Shown here piece after piece: positions 1-62,411 of a DNA stretch of 64,000 bases (the stretch's first letter is position 1; every line of letters begins with the position of its first letter). Below the pieces are notes generated by a model. The model searched no databases. It was not told the DNA's origin and saw nothing but the letters and a program-made list of their open reading frames with translations. The stretch comes from the human T2T-CHM13v2.0 reference genome, Homo sapiens, in NCBI RefSeq assembly GCF_009914755.1, contig NC_060936.1; one strand, written 5' to 3'. The translations under genes were made by a program, and so were the position numbers.

Positions 1-1879
1 TCTCATTTGTGAGAATTTGTCTAAAATCTAAAGCCATTTTATTACCCTATTTGCCACTCCTTCCACTCTAACTTCTGTTTTCCTTAACCATCTGGCTGAG
101 AATATAAGAGTTCAAACTAGAAGATGAATATAAACCATGACTTAGAGCAAAATAGAATACATATTAATACAGATGCCTCCTCTTTCCATCCTGATACTTG
201 TAGCCCTGGGCCCCTCCTGGCAAGGGCAGCTGGAACACTAGTAAGAAAAACCTCAAGGACTGAACTGACTAAGGGGCTCAAGAGGTGAATGTTTTATTGG
301 CTACCTTGCTAGGGGTGGGTGCTTTGTAAGCCTTCTGGAAGGCTAAGATAATTGTCTGTGAGTTTTTCAAACTCCCTTCCCACACCAGCATTCCCCACTT
401 CAGCCTCACCTTCCACATAAGACCTTCACAGCTTACTGTCTTTGCAACAGAAGACGTCCTCTCTGTCTGCTTGGGTCCCAGCCCCTTTTTCTGATTCATT
501 CATTAGTCCATCCAAAACATTTGAATACTTCATGGGAACATTACTGTCTCTCCATCACTTTCTATTGAGGAACCTTAATTTGGCAGTCTGTCCCAGGCTC
601 TGTCCCCTCCCTTCTTCTGTTAATTACTCTTTCACTAATTAAATTTTTTCCCAGTATGTTTGACCCAATGAGCTCCCCTGGAATCCCTTTTCCCTCAGCT
701 TTGCAAAGGGGAGGAGAGGGAGAATGTAAGTGTAAGAAAGAAAAAAATGTGATGGGGGTAGAACTTGGCCTCAGAGGGAAGTCTCCATAAAAGGAAAGGG
801 GTAAGTGTGTGTATTGTTCACTTCAGTGTAGTGGAGGTGAGGGCAGGAGAGTACCAGGAAAGACACTCCCATCCCTTTAGCACGCCTACCTCCCCTGCTC
901 CCTCCCTCACCTCCTTCACACATTACAATCACAGGCTTCTGTTTCTCAGACAATCCGATTCCATTCCTTACACACCTCTCTTTCCCAGTCCCCATCGATC
1001 ACACTTTTCAGCCCTTTGGGTAAAGTGTATATTGCTTGAGTCCCACCCCTGCCCATGTACCTCCCTCACACCTCCGACACTTGCACAGCTCTTTCTTTGC
1101 ACATTCCCATTTTGCACAAGCCTCACCCTCCCTGGTACACCTGCGTCATTTAACCACTCACCTTCCATGCTCACCCGCTCATCCCCCACTCCCAGACACA
1201 CACCTAGTCAACTTGTGTGCACACTCCCCTTCCTTGGCCACTCCCCTTCCTCCACCCTCCTCGGGATCCCACACTTGCCCCCGCCCCTGGGGACACCTGC
1301 TCGTGCGGGGCAGGGCGGGGATGCGCAGCCGCGGCCCCTTCTCCTCTCCCCCTCCCCGCCCCGCCCCTCCCTCCATCCTTCACCCGCTCCCCGGCGCCCG
1401 CCCCGCCCGCCCGCCACTCCGGGGGGGTCTCCGCCGCCGCCGCCGCCGGAAGGAGCCGCCATTTGCCACCGCCGAGCGCACGGGCCGAGCCAAGCCTGAT
1501 CCCGGAGCCGGAGGGGGACTGGGACCGAGAGAACGGCGATGGGGGGCGGCCCCGCCGCAGGAGGACCCGGGCGCGTAACCCCGGGGGCCCGGCCCGCTCC
1601 AGACCCAGACCCGCGGGGTGCGGCACCCTGAGCCCCCCTCCCCGCCCCCTGCCCTGGCCATGGCCGCCCACCCCGCCGCCCCCGGGCCGCCAGCCCGCTC
1701 GGCCCCGCAAGCACCGGAGCCCCGGCGGTGGCAGCAGTGAACGGCTGTCGCAGGCCCCGAAGACCCCGGCCCGGCTCGGCTCTCTAGCGCGCGCCCCCTT
1801 CCCGGCCTTGTCCTCTCCCCTCCCCCCGCCGCTAGCGAGCCCCCCTTGCACGCTGCCCCCCGCCCCCGGTGTCCGGACG

Positions 1880-5246
<3,367 letters not shown>

Positions 5247-6727
5247 ACTGGACTCCAGGAGCAGGGATCTTGAGTCAATGCATCAGTCAGAGAAGAACTC
5301 TCATGGCTGCTGGAGGTACCAGCTGGACAAGGTGTTTGGGGCATGCTGCCCCCGTCACCGAGGATCTGTGTGGGTAGCCTCAAGCTGGAGACATTGTCTG
5401 GCCTCACTGCCCACTGGGTAGAGACACCTGGATGACATTTCAGTACCCGCTGGCAGCTCCTCCCACTCATCCAGAGACGGCCGGTGGGCAGGCGGGGAGA
5501 GCAGCTTTCCTTCCCTGGAGAGAACCGTCTTTACCTCAGCTCCTAGGGCCTCCAGCCCCCCAGCTCCACCACGGTGACTTGGTGAAGGGGGACCAATGCC
5601 AGAAGAAAGGGGCTGTAGACCCCTATTCCCCACCCCATGGCCACAGGGCATCTGGCAATAAGACTAGTATACATTGACCTCCCGTTCCCTGCATGAGGGC
5701 GGGGAGTTCCCCCTGCTCCATCCCCCATTGCATGGGGGAAGGGCATAAAGAATCATTTATATGCACGTGGAGACTCCTTTCTCATCTGGGGCTTTTCTGG
5801 AGGGTTGGGAGATGTGGGGAGGTTTCTCTGCACAGGTTGCAAATCCCAAATGCAGCAGTGGGTTCTGAGTTGTAGGTGTGACTCCCACTTGCTGGTGAAT
5901 AATTCATGTTGGCTGCTAGGTGGCAGCACTCCGAGGTATCTAAAGGGTAGACCTGGACCTGCCACCTATGAGTTGTGTGATATAGAAAAAAATCTCTTAG
6001 CTCTGGTTTTCCTGTCTACTTCATAGGGTTGGAATAAGGATAAATGAGGGACAGGTTGGATGCCGTTGCAGAGAAAATCAGCAATGACATAAAGAGATTT
6101 CTAGAATAGTTGATGGTCCATTTATTTCAAATAGTAGCTGGTGTAACAAATTCTAAAATGTGTTTTTCATCTGGAGTTGCACAGAATCATGGAATTTTGT
6201 GTTGAGTGACATAATAGGTATGGAAATATGAGGGGAAATAGACATTGCAAATGTGAAGCATGGTGGTTATTTGTTAAGAATGAGAACTCCTCTGACTCTA
6301 AATATTTGGGCCTGTGGGCTGGGGAAGGCTGGAGCCATCTGCCTTGTTCTGGAGATCATCTGGGTTCTATCAGTCCTTCTCAAGTACTGTGCTCACCCAG
6401 AAAAGCAGTGTGAAGTGAATTTGGACTCATTTGGAGTGAGATGGAGGGAATCCCCCCACTCAGTGTTATGAGTCTCCAACCCCAGTTTAAGCTATTTCCA
6501 TGGCAGTTTAGGGTCACAGGTTTGATCCCGGTGTGCCCAGCCAGTGGTATTAATGGATGGCATTATGTTTGGAGGCAGCAGCATAGAGGACTGTTGTTTA
6601 TAGAGAAAAGATTTGGGAAGGACTGTTTACAATGTGGGTCAGCCTGAAGCCTGGGCACTTTCTTCTGTGACCTTGGGGTTGTGTATTATATGAATGATGC
6701 TGTTTTTAAGTAAACCATTCAACAGCA

Positions 6728-6733
6728 ATTAAA
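6728..6733 (+). terminator. Candidate MARCHF9 poly(A) signal ATTAAA (AGTAAA at 6709-6714 nearby)
   Basis: First strong hexamer seen after the AU-rich distal 3' UTR. Confidence 0.55.
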
Positions 6734-8701
6734 TAATTCCTTCATTCACGGCTAAAGTCAGATCTGGAGGCCTTTCTTATTATTGATCCTTCTATCAGGG
6801 AAGGTTCTGCTTTGCCTCCTTCCTCCCTGGGGATGTTTTGGAGAAAATGCTTCCCTTGCAAAGGCCCACACACATCCTTGCCCAGGAAACCTTGTCCCCT
6901 CCCCTCTCCCAAAGGGGGTCTTGGTTGCTGTCCATGGTGCTGGCATCCAGACCAGCCTTGGGATGTAGGAACAAAAGCTGGACTGCGGTTCAAGTAATTT
7001 CAAAGTGTGGAAGTATATAACTTCCAATTTTTGAGGGAGTAGAGTGGATAGGGAACTGAGACTGAACCCTCCGTCTGCTCAGTAGGAAACTGTTTCCCCA
7101 GAGAGAGAACCCTCTATATCCCCCATCTTGGGAGACAGAAAGGCCAGACTTTACTGATTTGCCATTCTCAGAAGAGCTGGTGGGGACCAAATGGGGGATT
7201 GCAAATCAGAGTGACTACTAATATCTATACCAGCAGATAGGGCTCAGGTAGATAGGACACATGTGGAGCTTCCTGTGCCAAGCCTGAGCTGTCCTCTGTG
7301 ATGGCTCTGCAGGGAAGGTTAGACATACCAAAGAAAATAGACATACTCACACACAAACACACTGTATCCATTTACACTCTGGGTCCTAAAATGAGGCCAA
7401 GTGGGACACTTTCCCCTCTCCTTCAGCACTAATGGAAGTCTTGGTATGGGAGTTGGGGCCAGCAATCAGTATGGTCTCCTCTTCTTCCTTTTTCCAACTT
7501 AAAAAGATCATTGTCCAGGAAAGGGTCATGGGAACTGCTGCCCTCTTCAAGTGGGCATTCCTACTTGCCCAGTGGAAAATAGGGAGTACGGATGGGCAGA
7601 ATTCTCATCACTGATTCCAGGGTAAAGGGTCTGACAAGCTGGGCTTTATTCTCCCTCAAAGATCAAATCTGCTGAAAATTTGGTCATTTAGGTTCAAATT
7701 GAGTTCAGTGATAGAGGAATAGGGGTGGAGACTGAGTATACAGTAGGGAAGGAGTTGAGAAGGGCAGAAAATGCACAGAAACCTTGATCTTTGTACGAGG
7801 CTTTGGGTCTGCCCTGCCCCTCTGTAGATCTTGCATAATTAGATGCCCCTGCAAAAGGCCTGGTGGCTACTGGAGTTTCTGCGGTCAGGGAGCCATGTCT
7901 AGGCCAGGAGGCCAAGGTGTGGAGGAGGAAGAAGTGTGAAGTGAAATCTCCATCTACACCCAGCTAATTGGAATAGGGTGAGCGGTAGGGGAAGGGGGGC
8001 AAGTCCTGACATGGGAAGGGTAATCTGGGATGCAGAAGGAACTGTGCAGTGTGCTGAGAGATTTATTTGGATGGAAGATGAGTTAATCTGTATACATCAC
8101 AAGAGGAGAGCTGTGCCCAGCCTCTGGGGGGCCAGAGAATGCTGACTTAGGGAAACAGTCTCCCTCTGCCCACCGCCCTTATCCTGCCTCAGTGCCCCAG
8201 GGCTTCTGGCCACCCCCACACTCAGCTTTCATTCTGTCTGTCTGATTCCACTTCTCTGCTTGTATCCCTTCCTCTGAAGGAAATTATCTTGGAACAACTT
8301 TTCCAGAGAGGGCAAAGTGACCAATCTAGGACTTCCTTCAATCCTGGCAGTCCAAAAGCACTTTCCTTACCAGAGTCAGCAACCTCTGCCCATGTCTGCA
8401 AATCCCTAGCTCCGGGCCCATTTTACAGCTTAGCCCCTGCCGTTACTTTTCACCCCCCACCCCCTTAATCTCTTACAGGAAGCCAGACTAGACTTGGATG
8501 TTCCCACTACAGACAGAAACATGTCTGGGTTTGTGTTACAAACTACTCTTCCAGGCGTCCAGACCTCCCATTGTTATGGGGGTCACCCCCAGGACCTGAG
8601 AAACCAAGGTGGGAGATGGGAGGGTTAGAGTCTTGCCTCCAGGTCTTGTAGGAAGTGGGAATATGAGAGAAATAAGTCAAAATCAAGAATGGAATATTTG
8701 A

Positions 8702-8707
8702 TTTATT
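8702..8707 (-). terminator. CYP27B1 poly(A) signal AATAAA
   Basis: tttatt on the + strand about 790 nt past the stop, with U-rich downstream sequence. Confidence 0.8.
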
Positions 8708-9490
8708 CTAAAATTTGTGAATATTTAAAAATTTTCAATATAAAAAGCCAGAGGCCTGGGCAGGGACAGGCCCAAAGATGTCTCTGCCTGAGAACTAAGT
8801 GATGGGGCAAACCCACTTAATAGTGGCCAGAGAGCAAAGGAGAGTTATAAGAAACCGTAAACCAGGCTAGGGCAGATTCACCTTCCTAGGGGCAAGACAA
8901 AGAAGGAAGGGGGTAGACAGAGCCTACTAAGTAAGCTGCTTATCCCTTCTGCCACATGGTTCAGATTCAATCTAAGAATGTGTATGGTGACACCTAGTCA
9001 GAGACAGGCCCTGGCAGGGGACATAAAAAACAAATAAGGCTTCACCCTTCCTCTCAAAGAGCTTACATGCAAAGACGAAGGACCAACCAGGTACAGACCA
9101 GATGCACAGTTACTGAGCTTATGCTTTGATAAATGCTTAGCCAGCAGCATCAATGAACACTATGAAAGCCCAAAAAGAGAGGCAGTTGAATCTTTCCTCA
9201 GGCCATCCAGCATTATTAGTTAAAATCTGATTTCATCCTTGGGGGATGCATACATGATCAGAAGGGCCAAGCAAGCAGAGAGACCATGGTTTTCTCACCT
9301 GGCTTCCTGAGTCAGGCCAAGTGCATACTTCACACATTGGTCAGGGCCGCCTCACACTTCACTATGGTGGTTCTATCCAGTTTGGTCAGATAGGCATTAG
9401 GGGAAGATGTATACCTTGGTCTTGTGCCTACAAAAAATCTTATCCCTATGATGAATGAAAGGGTGATGATGACAGTCTCTTTCCATGGGA

Positions 9491-13435
<3,945 letters not shown>

Positions 13436-13450
13436 TCATATCTCAACCCC

Positions 13451-13504
13451 TATTTAACCTTTGGGTGAGGTGATGACGCCCCCTCTCCAAGCTCCTCAGC
13501 CAAT
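13451..13504 (-). promoter_or_regulatory. CYP27B1 core promoter: TATA-like TTAAATA (13451-13457), CRE half-site TGACG (13474-13478), CCAAT (13500-13504)
   Basis: Motifs lie 60-115 bp upstream of the ATG in canonical order. Confidence 0.65.
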
Positions 13505-14232
13505 CCCTCCTCCTGAGTGGTCTGTGCTGGGGATTAGCACCCAGGAACAGTAGGCGGGGCTGGGGCTGACTTCACAACTCCCTTGGGTCTCATGTTGCAA
13601 TGACCCTCATGGGAGGGAGGGCCTAAGATTTTCCTCCTGGGAGAGTGCCTTTGTCTAGGAGCCTCAAAGTCTCATCCTAGGAAAGGCTATAAGGCTTTTT
13701 AGTAGGGACTAGGTGACCAAGCTACACTAGTCAGTCTCTGATATTCCCACTTCTACCAGTGAGCCCAGCCCCTTTAGGCCCATCCTCAGGAATTCCCCAT
13801 CTTTCAGCTCCTCCAGGAAGGGAAGCAGGGGAGGCACAGCTGTAACTGTCCCCACATTCTTGGCTTAGTGGGTTGTATCTTCTCTGCATTATTTTCCTGC
13901 ACTAGCCACACCTCCCCCTCCTCCTGTACCTAACATATACTGGGCAGATGGCAGGTGGGTTAATGGGCTAAAATGGCTCCTAGAACCTCCATCTTTCTTT
14001 CTTGAGGATAAGGGGGTCTCTTGGGTATACAAGCCCCCTCCTTCCAGACATGGGAATTTGGGGCTTGAGAAGCAGAAATGAAACTTTTTGTACATTAGTT
14101 AAGTTCAGAGATTGTCTGTGGGGTGTTAGAGGAGCTAAATGGATGTGGATGTTCTAATTCCCCAGCTGACTCGGTCTCCTCTGGGGGGCTTTCTGGTTAG
14201 CAGCTCCTTTCTACTTTTAGCCTCAGAATCCT

Positions 14233-14360
14233 GTGGTGGCTCATGCCTATAATCCCAGCACTTTGGGAGGCTGAGGCAGGAGGATGGCATGAGGCCAGGA
14301 GGTTGAGACAAGCTTGAGCAACATAGCAAGACTGTCTCTACAGAAGAAGTTTAAAAATTA
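14233..14360 (+). mobile_element. Alu left-monomer/FLAM-like fragment
   Basis: Single monomer directly before a full Alu. Confidence 0.8.
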
Positions 14361-14650
14361 GGCTGGGCACGGCAGCTCATGACTGTAATCCCAACACTTT
14401 GGGAGGCTAAGGTGGGCAGACTGCTTGAGCTCAGGAGTCTGAGACCAGCCTGGGCAACATAGTGGAACTGTCTCTACAAAAAATACAAAAATTAGCCAGG
14501 CATGGTGGCGTATGCCTGTAGTGCCTTGAGAGGCTGAGGTGGATTACATGAGCCCGGGAGGTCAAGGCTGCAGTGAGTTATGATTGTACCACTGCACTCC
14601 AGCCTAGGCAACAGAGAGAGGGCCTGTCTCTAAAAAAAATTAAAATAAAA
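14361..14650 (+). mobile_element. Alu (old, J-like)
   Basis: Dimeric, diverged. Confidence 0.9.
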
Positions 14651-15344
14651 GAATCTCCCACAGTTTACCTCTCTGCTCCTTACTCCCTCATTCCCCACTG
14701 CAACTCTATCAGGCTCTGTGCCAGTCAGCTAGCTCTGAAGTTCTGGAATTGAAGGTCAATGTGAAAAAGGAGAGGGTCTCCACCCCCACACCTTCCCAAG
14801 GACTCTCCAGAGACAACACTTAGGGAACACAGATTCCCCAGGTCAAGTCTTACGCAGGGAGAGGACAGGAGGATGGTAGAAGGCATATGATACATACTCC
14901 ACCCTTTCCTGAGAAATGGCAGAATAGGCATGTGTACACATATACATGTTATCCCAGGATCCACAAAGCAAACAGAAGTGGTAATTGAGCCTAGCAAGCA
15001 GTTTAGATGGACTACATTCCTCATTCCAGCTGAGGAGAGATCTCACAAGGAGAAAGGAGTGCTAAGGAAGAGCAAGACCCCACAGCCTTCCAAAGATCCC
15101 CTATGGTCCAAAGTCCTTTGACCATCTCAGTCAGCTGCTTTGTTTTCTGTTGGCAGTGGAGGGACAAGGTGAGAGGAGCCAGGGGTAGTCATGAACACCA
15201 GTGGGTTCTGCCCTGGGCAGCTCCCCACCTTCTTTAAGAGAGTACTGTGTCTCAGCTCCAGCAGTCTCAACTGGGAAGACCCAGGACTCCTGCTCTTTTC
15301 TCTAATCCCTGGGAGACGAGGTCCAGCTAAGGTAGAGTAAGCAG

Positions 15345-18432
<3,088 letters not shown>

Positions 18433-18555
18433 GATCCCAGTCCGGGGTTTCTCTACCAAATCCACGTGGAGGCGCAGGCCAGAGGCGCAAGTTAATGACG
18501 CAGCCATGCGCGTTGGTGGCAGTTCCCGCCCCTTAAAGACCCAAGAGCAAATTCA

Positions 18556-18586
18556 GCTGGGCTGGGCTGGGCTGGGCTGGGCTAGG
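18556..18586 (+). repeat. (GCTGG)5 pentanucleotide repeat, G-quadruplex-capable
   Basis: gctgg x5 followed by gctagg. Confidence 0.9.
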
Positions 18587-18761
18587 TGGGGAGGGCTGTA
18601 AGGAGCGAGTGCTGGAGGGAACCTCCGCACCGTTAGCCTCCAACTGGGAGGGCGAGGCCAGGCCCAGGGACCCAACGTTTTCTCTTAGCTTGCTTCTGCC
18701 TGGTCTGGGTTACCATCCTGGTTGCAGGCACCTGTGCACCCCACAGGTGAGAGGGGTCTAG

Positions 18762-27013
<8,252 letters not shown>

Positions 27014-27401
27014 CATCACCCTTGCTGTTCTTCTCAATCTCTTGCTCTAATGAAGGAACTGTGTATCTCAAAAACCATATTTCCAGAGCCACAAACATGA
27101 GGACCAAAAAGGATGGATTTCCCTGGCCTCTCTCACTTTCCTCCTTCCCTCTTTGTTACCCCAGATACTCTTGGGCAGGTGCAGTGAGGTGCCTGCTTAC
27201 AAGGAATCCCAGAGTTCTGGCAGCACTAGTGTTAGAACACCAAGGAGGTTCCTGGCTCCTGTTCTCAGAGAAGGAGGATGGTAAGGTATCCAGGATTTTT
27301 AGGGGGTAAGGGAGATATATGGGATGTGAGAGCAGTGATTGTAGACAGACTGTCACTGATCACTTCCATTCCTGTTGCTGTTTACACAGAATGGACTTTA
27401 A

Positions 27402-27724
<323 letters not shown>

Positions 27725-28885
27725 TAGGATTTTTTTTTTTTTTTAAGAAAGAATTAAGCCTTAAAAATCTATTGTGCAAGAACCCAACTTTTACTCAGGA
27801 GCTGAGAAGGAAGAAGCCTCAAACCACCCATTTCCTGCTTTTTAGAGATAGAGTCTAGTGGAACCATGGCTCTAACTGGGTCAAGTCCTCCTAGCTCTGA
27901 AGCTAAGGCTGCAGAGCTGTCCTTTGGACTGTAGTTTCTTCATGCTTTCCAGAGTTAGAGCCTTGATCACGGAACATCATTGTGTGCAGAAGAATACTGT
28001 ACCTAGTACTAAGTTCTTTTCATCTTTGATTTTTCTTTAGCTTCATCAGTCCTTCCTTCCTAATCTCTAATCCCCTGAAGCCTAACACAGTTCCTAATGT
28101 GTTTTGCCTTAACCTCTTTTCTCTTCCCACATTGGTACTTCTGGTTGGGGCTCTCTTTACTTACTGCTTAGGCACATAGTCACCTTCTCTGGACTCCCTG
28201 CTTCCATGCTTTCTCCTTCAGTCCATTCCGCAAACTCTTGTGATCTTCCAAAATTAGCTCTGATTAGCTTTCACTTCCTGTAGAAGCAAGAACAAGCTCC
28301 TCTGCTTGGTACTTAGTCTGTGTCCATGTGATCCAAAATTACCTTCCTATTGCATTTCCTACTCCTTTGCTACGTGTATTGGACCTCTGGCCAAATTACA
28401 AAAGATGTACTCTTTGTTCTCTAAAACCACACTAAAGTTTTCTGACTTCTTTCACACTCTTTATGATAATCCTCTGCCTGAAAGGCTATTGCCACCTGTC
28501 AAAATCTTCATTATTCTTTGCCTCTTTCCTGAGCCTCTTGCTTGAATGTGATTTCTTTCTCCCTGAGACCCATAAGGTTCATCTTATGGGACCTTAATTT
28601 GTCTTGCATGGACATTTGTGATTCTCATTTTCTCACCATTAAATTACCTTGGAGGGTAGGGCTGTGGTTTACTCCTGTCTAAACCCCTGAAGCCTAACAC
28701 AGTTCCTGGCACACAACAGGTGTTCAACAGATATTGTGCTCATTCAATAAATATTTACTCGCTTTGTTTAATGGATTCCACCCCTGCCTTCCTAGGTGAC
28801 CTTGGACAAATTCTCGAACCCATTCACCAACCACACAAGTTTGTTGTGAGTCATAAATGGATAATGAATATAAATGCGCATTGAA

Positions 28886-28891
28886 AATAAA
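28886..28891 (+). terminator. EEF1AKMT3 poly(A) signal AATAAA (another at 28746-28751)
   Basis: Followed by a GU-rich element (ttcttgtgttgttgttttgtg). Confidence 0.75.
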
Positions 28892-29169
28892 CATAAAATG
28901 TTACCCACATTTCTTGTGTTGTTGTTTTGTGACGACTTTATTTCTTGGTTTCTGTTATTTTACCTGGGGTGGGAGGTGGGGGGTAATTCCCGTATGAAAT
29001 GTGTCGTCTCAAGAAATCAAGTAGAGGCGAGGACTGTGTTCCTCCGGCCAGCAGGTGGCACCATACTCGTTTGGTGCGTTCCGCTGGAGAATTCTGGCCC
29101 TTCCGCCGCGCCGTAGGTTTGTTGCCTCACCAGTGCGCCCGCCGGAGGGTGTTTATCGCGGCTAGAGAG

Positions 29170-42952
<13,783 letters not shown>

Positions 42953-43076
42953 GTTCCAGAGACTTTTGGCCCAGGAGGAATATTTACTTTTAGCTCTGGA
43001 CATCATTACAAAAAGGAATATTTCCCAAACCTCTTCAGACCGAGAATGCATGGGTAAAATTATTAAATAGTTGTAT

Positions 43077-43082
43077 AATAAA
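43077..43082 (+). terminator. TSFM proximal poly(A) signal AATAAA; distal ATTAAA at 43920-43925 and 43935-43940
   Basis: Hexamers followed by U/GU-rich tracts. Confidence 0.7.
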
Positions 43083-43763
43083 AATAATTTTTTCCTTGTT
43101 TGCGTAATACTGGATTTAGCTTTTCTGTGCCTTTCAAAAACAACAGGTGGGCCTTATTGACGTGATAGTGTCGTGGAGAACAGGCATCAACAATACTGCT
43201 GCTCCCTTCAACATAGATTTATTATGGTATTTCTGAAATTTCTAACTTATATGTTCTGTCTTACACCTTTTATGACATAGAACTCTTTTGTTCTGTTTTT
43301 GCTTTGCGACACTGTGAACCGTGCTTCTGCCTCGGAACCTCCCTAGTTATATTACTTGTGCCACATGGATTTCTTTAGGATTATTGATTCAAACCTAGAG
43401 TTGTCTGGAAAATGTGGGTTCTCTTCTTTGTGATTGTCTGTAGTATGCTTTGAAGGTGCTCTGCAGTGGTAGACACACTGGTTCTGGCCTCATTTAATGA
43501 AATTAATAACACATGCCCCTATTTCTCTTTTGGATGATGTGTGGGTGGGTGGGTACTGAGGTTTCCTGGCCAGCTGTAAGGCAGATTTTGACATTCTTGT
43601 GCCAGAAACAGAAATTAGAGTAGTCCAGTTACCCAGAGAGCTCACTTAACATTGCCTCTTTACTTCCCCAGTACTGAAACATTTCTTCAAGTATAACATA
43701 AAATTACCGTAACAAGCAGACCCAGAATACTGAAAATAACTCCATTTGTTCATTATAGGTATC

Positions 43764-43769
43764 TTTATT
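43764..43769 (-). terminator. AVIL poly(A) signal AATAAA
   Basis: tttatt on the + strand about 480 nt past the AVIL stop. Confidence 0.7.
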
Positions 43770-44250
43770 TGAAAAGTGAAAAATGCTTTGACACATTACA
43801 GATCTGGGTATTTGGATTTTGCCTATGGAGTGCATATATGATTTCAATGATTTACAGGCTAAATAGATTTTAGAAATAATCATCTTAAAATTGAAAACAA
43901 AGGTAGGTCCTGGTATAATATTAAACATAAAGTTATTAAACATTTTAAGCATTGTTTTTTGGTTCTCTTTCTTTTGATTTCTCCAGATTTATGCAGTTTT
44001 AGTGCTTTCTGCTGAGGCTTTAGCTAGAGGGCCACAAAACCCAAAAACTATATGGTTAACATTTTAGGTATATAACAAGCAAGGAATGCAAGGATGAGAA
44101 AAAATGGAGAACATGCCGTGATTTGCAGACTCTATTATATCTAAATTAAGTAGCTGAATGTCAGGCAGAAATTGGTGGATAAATTATTTCCTGATATTGG
44201 CACTATCTGCTCTTTTCTGTGGCCTTGCAATAGGTATAGGCCTTCTTGCT

Positions 44251-62411
<18,161 letters not shown>

